From: Gammaproteobacteria bacterium
GTDB lineage: Bacteria; Pseudomonadota; Gammaproteobacteria; Steroidobacterales; PWYM01
Direction of reading: 5' to 3'
DNA: 55,023 nucleotides
Assembly (NCBI GenBank): GCA_041745895.1
Contig: JBGTIC010000438.1
Span: forward strand, 1-55,023
The notes under the pieces were generated by a model that was not told where the DNA came from, did not search any database, and saw only the letters and a list, made by a program, of their open reading frames with translations. This document shows positions 10,330 through 18,955 of the stretch, piece after piece. The translations under genes were made by a program, and so were the position numbers. Within the stretch, counting starts at the first letter, position 1; each line of letters begins with the position of its first letter.

Positions 10330-12186
10330 TCACAATTCCTCGGCCTGGGTATTGTTCATGACTGACAGCACAACGTTGGCAAGGTGTTCGGCAAGCCGAG
10401 GATCATCATTCATGGGCACCCAGAGACTCCATGTGCCGGTATATTGATCCTGGACCGGGGAATCGTTGTCGGGCGGTCCAAGCGCTGGGTCGTATCCCAG
10501 GTGCCCGAAGGGTGGCACATCGAAGACTATTTCCGGATCGAGCCTGCTGAGTGCCTGTCCCACCGGCGTCTGGCGAGTCTCGGGGTATCCATTGCCATCC
10601 GTGCAGCCCCCTAACTTGTAGCAACAGTCGTGGCTGACCCCTTGAGCACGCGCTGAGGGGCTTTTGTAGCAGATTCGTTGCGAATCAGGTGGCCAATGAT
10701 GCGCAAACGGACTGTCGTAGCCAGGCCAAAGAAGCACATCGAGATCAGACACGGGTACGAACCCCCGAAAGCCGATTTCCTGCGCGACCTGATTCGGCAG
10801 GCCCACCTGCCCCACTGTGGTTGTCACAATCACCTGCGGAAACACAACCACGATGTGCTTGACGCCGTTGTCCTTGAGCCGCTCGAGCGCCTCCCAGTAG
10901 CGCAGGCCCCACTTGCCCGGGGGCATCTGTGCATCTGAGCCGTAAAGATAAGCATGGCCCAGGTCTTCGCCGCGCATCTCCCGGGTACGCTGAAGCTTGC
11001 CATCGACCATCTGCTTGATGCCCTCCCAGGCACCCACGATATTGTCGGCTGACAGGGTCGGATGGCGGGTCAACAGGGCTTCCTGCAGATTTTCGTGAAG
11101 CGTTAGGGTGTCATCGATCTTGGGGTCAAATACTTCGTTACCTGGGAAAATGCCATGATTGTAGAGAAGCACACCCGTGTCAGCGGGTGATACGCTGGCG
11201 GACATGGCGCGCACAATTCCGTCGACCACAATTGATGCATACGCCGGATCATCGGTAACGGGATTACCGCGATTCTCAAGCACTACCTCTGGCGCATTAC
11301 GCGGCGCGCCCATCGATGCCGTCCAGTCGGCCGGCTCCTTGGGGTATGCCTCCATCATGAAGCCGGTGTAGTCGTTGGCCCAGACGATTGGAACCGAGCG
11401 GTTCGTGTCGCGCAGCGCGGCATCTCTGGCCCTGCCCAGCATTTTGTATACGTCAAGACTCTTCGAGAAACGGATCCCGCCCACGGCGGTATCGACGATG
11501 ACTATTTTTTCAACACCGGCTCGCAGCAGCCGATCCATTGGTCCGTCGACGTTGTAGCGCTCCGGGTCGCACAGCGGCCAGCGCCCGTCTGGCTGGGCTC
11601 CACCGTCTGTTGAACCACCGCAGTAACGCATGGCGATCTCAGACGCTCCATCCTGGTTGTAGATGAATCGAGGGTAAGGCAGCGACCCCACATCAGCAGA
11701 TCCAGCAATCCAGCCGACCCAATCCACGACAAACTGGGTATTCGTAGAGGTTGCCGCCCCATCCAATGCGGCTTGCAAGGAAACCACCTGGGCCTCTGTG
11801 ACTTGCGTGACCGGCTCCAGATCACCAATCCGCCCCAGCTGGAAGCTGTACTTGCGGGTTAGCCCGAGGAGTTCTGAGGCCTGCTCAGTGTTGTGGAGGG
11901 GTAGCACGCTGGGCCAGTTCTCCGGCTGCCAGATGATATTCTGATATACGTAGGAGTTGGGATCATAGGATGCCATCTGAATACCGGCATCAAAGAAATT
12001 TGAGAAATTCAGCGACCTTGCGCCACCGTGAACCAGATACAGAACCCCGATCTTTTGTGTATCACCGTTACTCTCAGCCAGGCCCTCCGAAGGAGAGAAT
12101 AGTTGTGCCGAAAAAAGTAACGCCAACAGCACGGCATAAGCGCGACAAGTCGCAATGACCCGGCTGGATCTGTCAAGGAATTGCAT
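10330..12186 (-). CDS. Exported 618-aa protein of unknown function (ferrochelatase/CbiX-like motif pattern; Cys-rich C-part)
   Basis: Signal-like N-terminus. VLYLVHGG, IAMRYCGG...LLRAGVEKIVIVDTAVGG, LLYNHGIFPG, WGLRYWEALERLKDNGVKHIVVVFPQVIVTTT. Five Cys in CYKSPSARAQGVSHDCCYKLGGC. Close paralog of 14097-15956. Confidence 0.75.
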   Translation of the reverse strand: MQFLDRSSRVIATCRAYAVLLALLFSAQLFSPSEGLAESNGDTQKIGVLYLVHGGARSLNFSNFFDAGIQMASYDPNSYVYQNIIWQPENWPSVLPLHNTEQASELLGLTRKYSFQLGRIGDLEPVTQVTEAQVVSLQAALDGAATSTNTQFVVDWVGWIAGSADVGSLPYPRFIYNQDGASEIAMRYCGGSTDGGAQPDGRWPLCDPERYNVDGPMDRLLRAGVEKIVIVDTAVGGIRFSKSLDVYKMLGRARDAALRDTNRSVPIVWANDYTGFMMEAYPKEPADWTASMGAPRNAPEVVLENRGNPVTDDPAYASIVVDGIVRAMSASVSPADTGVLLYNHGIFPGNEVFDPKIDDTLTLHENLQEALLTRHPTLSADNIVGAWEGIKQMVDGKLQRTREMRGEDLGHAYLYGSDAQMPPGKWGLRYWEALERLKDNGVKHIVVVFPQVIVTTTVGQVGLPNQVAQEIGFRGFVPVSDLDVLLWPGYDSPFAHHWPPDSQRICYKSPSARAQGVSHDCCYKLGGCTDGNGYPETRQTPVGQALSRLDPEIVFDVPPFGHLGYDPALGPPDNDSPVQDQYTGTWSLWVPMNDDPRLAEHLANVVLSVMNNTQAEEL

Positions 12187-12267
12187 GCTGTTGAAGCTCC
12201 ATCCAATACAAGTTCGCGAGTATCACTTAATCCACATCAACGGAGTCCATCTACCAAGTCTGACGCG

Positions 12268-13203
12268 CTAGCGACTCTTTACTCCGACCGGCTTCCTGTT
12301 TTCCATGTAAACCGTGAACGACGAATCGTTCGGAGAACCCCAGCTTTCTGGGGACGGAGCCGATAAAAACTCGGGGTAGTTTCTCGTCATATAGTTCAGA
12401 AGCTGCGGTGGTAGATTGGAAGCACTGCCGGTTTTCTGCATGAAGGTTCTATAGAGCAGATGCCCCTGGCTTTGCCCCATCAACATCCATGGCAACCAGG
12501 GACCCACCCGCACCCAGGTACCGGTGTGGTCAGCCTGCGGTTGATCGGGATCGGCTAACTGTGCGTAGCTAGCTGCTCGGTTAAACATCTCACTGGTTCT
12601 ATTGATGCGACCGGCACTTTCACGCGGCCATTCTTCCGGCGTCATGGGATTGGGAAAAGCGGCGTGCAGCTCAAGCACGCTGAAGACAGTGTCTTGCTGA
12701 ACAAGCCATGGGGGCGTGAACGGAGTCTCCACCATGGTCCCATCAAAGTCCTGCCTCATGATCGGTGCAACTTCTGCATTCACCGTCCGATTCATGATAG
12801 GAAACACATCGACTGTTTCCTGGTTCAAGGGATTGACCCAATGATCCAGATAGGCGCCCGTCGCCAGGTCCTTATACACGGCAAACTCGCGATTGAAGAT
12901 CCGGTATACACCATCACCTACCTGCTGTGTTCGATTGACGCCACAGCCCTCCACACCAATCAGCGGCTCGACCTTTTTCTGATCTCCAATGACAGCGTAG
13001 ATCGTGCCACCAAACCAACCGGCTACTTCAACGGACGGATCGAGACTTCCCATCAACTTGACGAAAGCTTTCAGGTTTTCGGAGGGATTGCTGAAGTCGA
13101 TCAGCCCGTTGGCTCTATTGTGTTCTGCCAGACCTTTGGCGCCGGTTGCCGTAGCAGCAGAGGCAATCATCGAAGCACCGATCAAGTTGTTCAGCAGCAG
13201 CAT
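12268..13203 (-). CDS. D2: DUF1838-like family protein, near-duplicate of D1
   Basis: Collinear with D1 along its whole length (YKDLATGAYLDHWVNPLNQETVDV, WLPWMLMGQSQGHLLY). The DNA is also highly similar to D1. Confidence 0.8.
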   Translation of the reverse strand: MLLLNNLIGASMIASAATATGAKGLAEHNRANGLIDFSNPSENLKAFVKLMGSLDPSVEVAGWFGGTIYAVIGDQKKVEPLIGVEGCGVNRTQQVGDGVYRIFNREFAVYKDLATGAYLDHWVNPLNQETVDVFPIMNRTVNAEVAPIMRQDFDGTMVETPFTPPWLVQQDTVFSVLELHAAFPNPMTPEEWPRESAGRINRTSEMFNRAASYAQLADPDQPQADHTGTWVRVGPWLPWMLMGQSQGHLLYRTFMQKTGSASNLPPQLLNYMTRNYPEFLSAPSPESWGSPNDSSFTVYMENRKPVGVKSR

Positions 13204-13207
13204 TCGA

Positions 13208-14083
13208 CTAAACCTCCGCGTCGGTAAAGCTGTCTACATTCAGATGGTCTGGATACTCTGCCTCGATGCGCTTCCGGTAGGGGTGCGGAAGATCCTCTAC
13301 AGACGCAAGCTTCGCCCCCGAGGCGTGCCAAACCAGGTGACCGGGCCGATCGCCCATATCCAGCCAGTCTGACCAAGGCGCAAAGAAAGACACGGTAAAC
13401 GCAGCCGGCAGACGCCTTCGATTCTTGTCAGCAAAATGATCTGTTCTGACAATCTGCGTCTGTCTCTGCTTGCGCGGTTGCTGGAGTCCGGGAGGATAGA
13501 CGGTCTCGTTGTGCAGCCATACGAAACCTCCGGCCTCCGTCCACCAAAGATCCAGCGGCGCATCTGGAATCTGGTCGGCAACCCACCGCGGCCGAACACC
13601 ACTGGTCTGATAGAGAAACCCGCGGTCGCCGCTTATCTGGCTCAAGGCCGGCACCTCAACAGTCTTTCCTGTGAGCGGGTTTTCCATTTCGTGCAACCAT
13701 TCGCCGGTCGCGATATCCGTGAAAAACGTGACGGTCGCGCCCTTCATGAGGAAGCCACCGGAACGCAGGCGCCTCATCTTGTATATCTCCATACCTTGCA
13801 GCCGCATCAACTCCAGGGGCGCTGCACCGTCGGTAACCGCATAGATAGATCCGTTGTAGAACCACGGCGTATCCTCCGGATCGAGACTGGCCGTAATTCG
13901 AACGAGGTTCTCCAGGTTCTCCTCCGGTGTGACGGGCAAGGCAAGACCGTCGACGCGAGGAGCATTTGCCGTAGACGCCACCGCGCCGAAGACCGGCAGG
14001 AATCCCAAGCCTGCGGCACCCGCACCCCCGAGCGCTGTGCGCCTGCTGATACGCGCGTCGGGCGTTTTACTTGAGTTCGTCAT
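13208..14083 (-). CDS. D3: Tat-exported DUF1838-like family protein
   Basis: Leader ISRRTALGGAGAAGLG. FTDIATGEWLHEMENPLTGKTVEV. WSDWLDMGDRPGHLVWHASG. ATG at 14083, just after the upstream stop at 14097. Confidence 0.8.
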   Translation of the reverse strand: MTNSSKTPDARISRRTALGGAGAAGLGFLPVFGAVASTANAPRVDGLALPVTPEENLENLVRITASLDPEDTPWFYNGSIYAVTDGAAPLELMRLQGMEIYKMRRLRSGGFLMKGATVTFFTDIATGEWLHEMENPLTGKTVEVPALSQISGDRGFLYQTSGVRPRWVADQIPDAPLDLWWTEAGGFVWLHNETVYPPGLQQPRKQRQTQIVRTDHFADKNRRRLPAAFTVSFFAPWSDWLDMGDRPGHLVWHASGAKLASVEDLPHPYRKRIEAEYPDHLNVDSFTDAEV

Positions 14084-14096
14084 AAGAGCGTCTTCC

Positions 14097-15956
14097 TCAC
14101 AATTCCTGGGCCTGGGCATTGTTCATGACTGCCAGCACGACGTTGGCAAGGTGTTCGGCAAGCCGGGGATCATCGTTCATGGGCACCCAGATACTCCATG
14201 TACCGGTATATTGATTCTGGACCGGGGCATCGTTGTCGGGCGGTCCAAGCGCTGGGTCGTATCCCAGGTGGCCGAACGGTGGCACATCGAAGACTATTTC
14301 CGGATCCAGCCTGCTGAGTGCCTGTCCTACCGGCGTTTGGCGAGTCTCGGGGTATCCATTGCCATCAGCGCATCCCCCTAACTTGTAGCAACAGTCGTGG
14401 CTGACCCCTTGCGCACGCGCTGAGGGGCTTTCGTAGCAGACTCGGTCCGAATCAGGCGGCCAGTGATGCGCAAACGGACTATCGTAGCCAGGCCACAGCA
14501 GAACATCGAGATCTGACACGGGTACGAACCCGCGAAAGCCGATTTCCTGCGCTATCTGATTCGGCAGGGTCACCTGCCCCCCTGTGGATGTAACAATCAC
14601 CTGCGGAAACACGACCACGATGTGCTGGACGCCGCTGTCCTTGAGGCGCTCGAGCGCCTCCCAGTAGCGCAAGCCCCACTTGCCCGGGGGCATCTGAGCA
14701 TCTGACCCGTAAAGGTAAGCATGCCCCAGGTCTTCGCCGCGCATCTCCCGGGTACGCTGAAGCTTGCCATCGACCATCTGCCTGATCCCCTCCCAGGCGC
14801 CTACGATATTGTCTGCGGACATGGTCGGATGGAGGGTCAACAGGGCTTCCTGCAAATTTTCGTGAACCGTTATGGTGTCATCGATCTTGGGGTCAAATAC
14901 TTCGTTACCAGAATAGATTCCATGATTGTAAAGAAGCACACCAGTGTCAGCGGGCGATACGCTGGCGGACATGGCGCGCACAATTCCGTCGACCACGATT
15001 GACGCATACGCTGGATCATCGGTCACCGGATTACCGCGGTTCTCAAGCGCTACCTTTGGCGCACTGGGCGGCGCGCCCATCGACGCCGTCCAGCCGGCCG
15101 GCTCCTTGGGGTATGCCTCCATCATGAAGCCGGTGTAGTCGTTGGCCCAAACGATCGGCACCGAGCGGTTCGTGTCGCGCAGCGCGGCATCTCTGGCCCT
15201 GCCCAGCATTTTGTATACATCAAGACTTTTAGAAAAGCGGATACCGCCCACGGCGGTATCGACGACAATTATCCTGTCAACGCCCGCTTGCAGAAGACGA
15301 TCCACTGGTCCGTCCACGTTATAGCGCTCCGGGTCACACAGCGGCCAGCGCCCGTCTGGCTGAGCGCCACCGTCTGTTGAACTGCCGCAGTAACGCATGG
15401 CAATCTCGGACTCGCCATCCTGGTTGTAGATGAAGCGAGGGTAAGGCAGCGACCCCACATCAGATGATCCGGTAATCCAGGCCACCCAATCCACGACAAA
15501 CTGCGTATTCGTAGTGGCTGCCGCCCGATCCAATGCGGCTTGCAGGGAAACCACCTGAGCCTCAGTGACTTGCGTGACCGGCTCAATACTGCCTGCTCGT
15601 CCCAGCTTGAAGATGGACTTGCGGAGCAAGCCAAGAAATTCTGAGGCCTGCCGACCGGCACTGAGCGGCACTACGCGATGCCAGTTCTCCGGCTGCCATA
15701 TAGTATTTTTATATCCCGCGGAGTTCTCATCATAGGATGCCATCTGTATACCGGCATCGAAGAAATTGGAGTAGTTGATCGATCTGTGGCCACCGTGAAC
15801 CAGGTACAGGACTCCAACTTTTTGTGAGTTACTACTTTCGTCCGCAAGAACCTGAGGCGGAGAAAGCAGTTGCGCCGAAAGCAGCAATACCGCAAGCAAA
15901 ACATGAAAGCGGTAGGACACAATGACGACCAGGTGTTTCCTGTATAGAGATGACAT
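14097..15956 (-). CDS. Exported ~619-aa protein, paralog of 10330-12186
   Basis: Same motif series as the 618-aa protein, and the C-terminal ~500 nt are nearly identical at DNA level. ATG at 15956 (MSSLYRKHLVV...); the ORF-track start at 15992 is TTG. Confidence 0.75.
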   Translation of the reverse strand: MSSLYRKHLVVIVSYRFHVLLAVLLLSAQLLSPPQVLADESSNSQKVGVLYLVHGGHRSINYSNFFDAGIQMASYDENSAGYKNTIWQPENWHRVVPLSAGRQASEFLGLLRKSIFKLGRAGSIEPVTQVTEAQVVSLQAALDRAAATTNTQFVVDWVAWITGSSDVGSLPYPRFIYNQDGESEIAMRYCGSSTDGGAQPDGRWPLCDPERYNVDGPVDRLLQAGVDRIIVVDTAVGGIRFSKSLDVYKMLGRARDAALRDTNRSVPIVWANDYTGFMMEAYPKEPAGWTASMGAPPSAPKVALENRGNPVTDDPAYASIVVDGIVRAMSASVSPADTGVLLYNHGIYSGNEVFDPKIDDTITVHENLQEALLTLHPTMSADNIVGAWEGIRQMVDGKLQRTREMRGEDLGHAYLYGSDAQMPPGKWGLRYWEALERLKDSGVQHIVVVFPQVIVTSTGGQVTLPNQIAQEIGFRGFVPVSDLDVLLWPGYDSPFAHHWPPDSDRVCYESPSARAQGVSHDCCYKLGGCADGNGYPETRQTPVGQALSRLDPEIVFDVPPFGHLGYDPALGPPDNDAPVQNQYTGTWSIWVPMNDDPRLAEHLANVVLAVMNNAQAQEL

Positions 15957-16209
15957 ACCCTCAACGCTCCGCCGAGTGGCCGTTTTGCTCAATTGGCCTA
16001 TCTAAATTAACAATTTACAGATCTGACATAGCACCCCCATGTGAGCATAGGATTTCCGCCAAGACTAATGAGTACCAGATGGCGCCCCATCACTTCTATG
16101 CATATTGCACTCAGCGCATGAACGGCCCTTTTTTTGAAGCTCCACGATCGACTAGGCCAGGGTTGCCCAGCCCGAAGAAACTGGCGGCCAATATTATCGG
16201 CAACAGGTG

Positions 16210-17133
16210 TCATTCATCAGCTGCATCGCTGACGCTATGTCCATAGTCTCGCGCGGCTTCGCGTACGAGCTGCATCAGCCGTTCAACCGCCCCGCTACGG
16301 GGTCTGCCGCGCAGAAAGATCAATCCTGCCCGCCGTCTCAAGCGGGGCATTGCCACGTCCAGCACACAAACTTTCCCGCGACGTATTTCGTCGTGCATGA
16401 CACCGCTGGCCATAAAGGCCAGGTGGCTGCCATCGGAGACTAGTAGCCTCACCAACGCCAGCGAATCAGTTCTCAATATGGGCGGCGGTGACAAACCGGA
16501 GGTCTCGAACAGCTGCATGAGCACATCCCGCGGCTCGGTCCTGTCGATGACGACCCAGCGCGATTCCGCCATTTGCTGTAGTTGAATCTGCGTGGTCTGT
16601 GCCAGAGGATGATGGGTGGCTGCAAACACGTTCACGTGCAGGTCCAGAAGCGGCTCGACCACAAAGTCACCGTCGATCGGGGACTGTGTAAAATTGGTCA
16701 GCGCGAAGTCAATCTGACCAGTACGCATCAGCCCCAATAGGTCTTCGAAGTAGCCCTCTGTGACCGTCACGTTGACGTTCGGCATCTGCACACTGGTACT
16801 TTTGGCCGCTTCAAAAGCGATGGAGCCGCCAAACACTGTCGCAATCCCCATCGCCACATGCCCCGCAACGCCGTCACGAAACATGTGAATTTCACGTTGG
16901 GCGCGGTCGCAGTCCTGCAGAATCATGCGCGCGTAGTCGAGAAACAACTCGCCTTCGCGTGTCAGCGATGCACCTCGCGGGCCACGCTCCATCAAACGGG
17001 TCTCAAGCTGACGTTCCAATGCCTTGAGACTTCGCGTGAGTGCCGGTTGGGTCAAGTGCACCCGCCGTGCTGCGCTGGAGAAGTTGCTTTCCTCCGCGAT
17101 CGCGACGAAATGACGCAACTGACGTAATTCCAT
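16210..17133 (-). CDS. LysR-family transcriptional regulator
   Basis: MELRQLRHFVAIAEESNFSSAARRVHLTQPALTRSLKALE winged-HTH followed by a LysR substrate domain. Divergent from the aldehyde dehydrogenase gene. Confidence 0.9.
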   Translation of the reverse strand: MELRQLRHFVAIAEESNFSSAARRVHLTQPALTRSLKALERQLETRLMERGPRGASLTREGELFLDYARMILQDCDRAQREIHMFRDGVAGHVAMGIATVFGGSIAFEAAKSTSVQMPNVNVTVTEGYFEDLLGLMRTGQIDFALTNFTQSPIDGDFVVEPLLDLHVNVFAATHHPLAQTTQIQLQQMAESRWVVIDRTEPRDVLMQLFETSGLSPPPILRTDSLALVRLLVSDGSHLAFMASGVMHDEIRRGKVCVLDVAMPRLRRRAGLIFLRGRPRSGAVERLMQLVREAARDYGHSVSDAADE

Positions 17134-17409
17134 CGAGCAAGTATAACCCGTCCTCATAGCCGCTAACGCACAATTCAGTGTTCTTTTCGCAACTCAACCC
17201 GCACTATCCTGCCATGACCCCGTCGGACACAATTTTCATACCGATCCAACCGCGCCAAGGGGAGGCGAACTCCATACCTGCTTTTCCGGCGCTTGCGAGG
17301 CTCTACTGCCGATTGCCGGGTTTGCTGGGCGCGCAGCGTTCTGGAACGCCCAGGCGCCAAGGCTATGAAGCATCAATCGATGTGAAGTCATTCCACTCGA
17401 GGACTTGTT

Positions 17410-18924
17410 ATGCAGATTGAAGTAGACAAGCTCGCGCCATCCGACGCTCATGCGTGCAAATTTTTGCAGCGTAAGCGCTATCAGCTTTTTATCAATAATG
17501 AATGGCATGATGCCGCGAATGGCGAAACCATTGATACGTTCAACCCAGCGACGGGCGAGCTGATCGGGTGTTTCCCAGCAGGTTCGAATGAAGATATTGA
17601 CCGGGCCGTCAAAGCGGCCCGGTATGCATTGGAGCGAGGCGAGTGGTCGACTCTCACGCCTCGCGACCGCGAAACTTTACTGTGGCGCCTGGCCGAGTTA
17701 GTCGATGCCCATCAACAGGAGTTGGCCGAACTCGAGACAGTAGATCAGGGTAAGCCGCTCTATGTGGCTTTGGCTGAGATCGGCGTCGTGTCGGAAGAGT
17801 TTCGTTTCTTCGCTGGCATGTGTACGAAGATCGAGGGCGAGACGTTCAGTCCTTCTATCGCCTGGCTGCCCCCTGGGCGGGGCACCTTCGCCTTCAGCAT
17901 AAAGGAGCCGATAGGAGTTGTCGGCGCCATCGTCCCATGGAATTCACCGCTGATCATGGCGGCATTCAAGCTGGGACCGGCACTGGCTGCCGGCTGTTCG
18001 GTGGTTCTGAAACCTGCGGAAAATACTTCTCTCACTGCTCTGCGGCTGGCCGAGTTGATTGTCGAGGCAGGGTTTCCACCGGGCGCAGTGAATGTCGTAA
18101 CCGGTCTCGGAAACATTGCTGGCGCCGCGCTCGCCGCTCATCACGACGTTGATAAAGTGGCCTTTACCGGCTCCACCCGGACTGGTCGCCACATTATTGA
18201 CAGTGCCAAGGGCAATCTGAAAAAGGTAACGCTTGAGTTAGGTGGAAAATCGCCTGCGATTTTTCTCGAGGATTGTGATCTTAAGTTGGCTGTGCTGGGT
18301 GCTGTCAATGCGATCACATGGAACAATGGTCAGATCTGTGTCGCCGGATCCCGGCTATATGCACACCACTCTATTTTTGATGAACTGGTGGCTGGTGTTG
18401 CCGAGGCAATGGATGGCATGGTTCTGGGCCATGGTTTGGATCCAGCAACACAGATCGGCCCGATGGTCACTCCGCTGCAGGCGCAAAGCATTCAGCGGTA
18501 TATCGACGAGGGGCTTGAGCAAGGCGCCGAAGCGCTGGTCGGCGGGCACGCCGTAAACTCGGTCAGTGGTTGCTTTATCAAGCCGACAGTCTTGGTCGAA
18601 ACCCAGCCCTCCATGCGTTGCGTTCAAGAGGAGATATTCGGCCCAGTTCTGGTGTGTATGCCATTTTCGGATATCGACGACGTCATCCGGCAGGCCAATG
18701 ATTCCATTTATGGCTTGAGTGCGAGTCTATGGACCGAGAGCCATTCGTCAGCCATCAGTCTGTCGCGTCGATTGAAGGCGGGGACCGTATGGATAAACAG
18801 TCATCTGCTGTTCGATGCAAGCCTGCCTATAGGCGGCTACAAGCAATCAGGATTCGGCCGTGATCGTGGTGCTCAAGCGGTCGAGAATTATTTGGAAACA
18901 AAGACAGTTATTTCGTTGGTGTAG
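17410..18924 (+). CDS. NAD(P)+-dependent aldehyde dehydrogenase
   Basis: ALDH motifs [17 protein letters not shown] and GQICVAGSR (catalytic Cys), plus EEIFGPV. 504 aa. Confidence 0.9.
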   Translation: MQIEVDKLAPSDAHACKFLQRKRYQLFINNEWHDAANGETIDTFNPATGELIGCFPAGSNEDIDRAVKAARYALERGEWSTLTPRDRETLLWRLAELVDAHQQELAELETVDQGKPLYVALAEIGVVSEEFRFFAGMCTKIEGETFSPSIAWLPPGRGTFAFSIKEPIGVVGAIVPWNSPLIMAAFKLGPALAAGCSVVLKPAENTSLTALRLAELIVEAGFPPGAVNVVTGLGNIAGAALAAHHDVDKVAFTGSTRTGRHIIDSAKGNLKKVTLELGGKSPAIFLEDCDLKLAVLGAVNAITWNNGQICVAGSRLYAHHSIFDELVAGVAEAMDGMVLGHGLDPATQIGPMVTPLQAQSIQRYIDEGLEQGAEALVGGHAVNSVSGCFIKPTVLVETQPSMRCVQEEIFGPVLVCMPFSDIDDVIRQANDSIYGLSASLWTESHSSAISLSRRLKAGTVWINSHLLFDASLPIGGYKQSGFGRDRGAQAVENYLETKTVISLV

Positions 18925-18955
18925 TGAACGAAAGTCCTTCAATGGGGGGCATCAG

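Noticed and set aside
15950-16246. Small ORFs (98 aa plus strand, 68 aa minus strand) in the AT-rich intergenic region between the 631-aa gene and lysR
   Set aside because: No RBS, no motifs, and they overlap each other. The region more likely holds the promoter of the minus-strand string and the lysR terminator.
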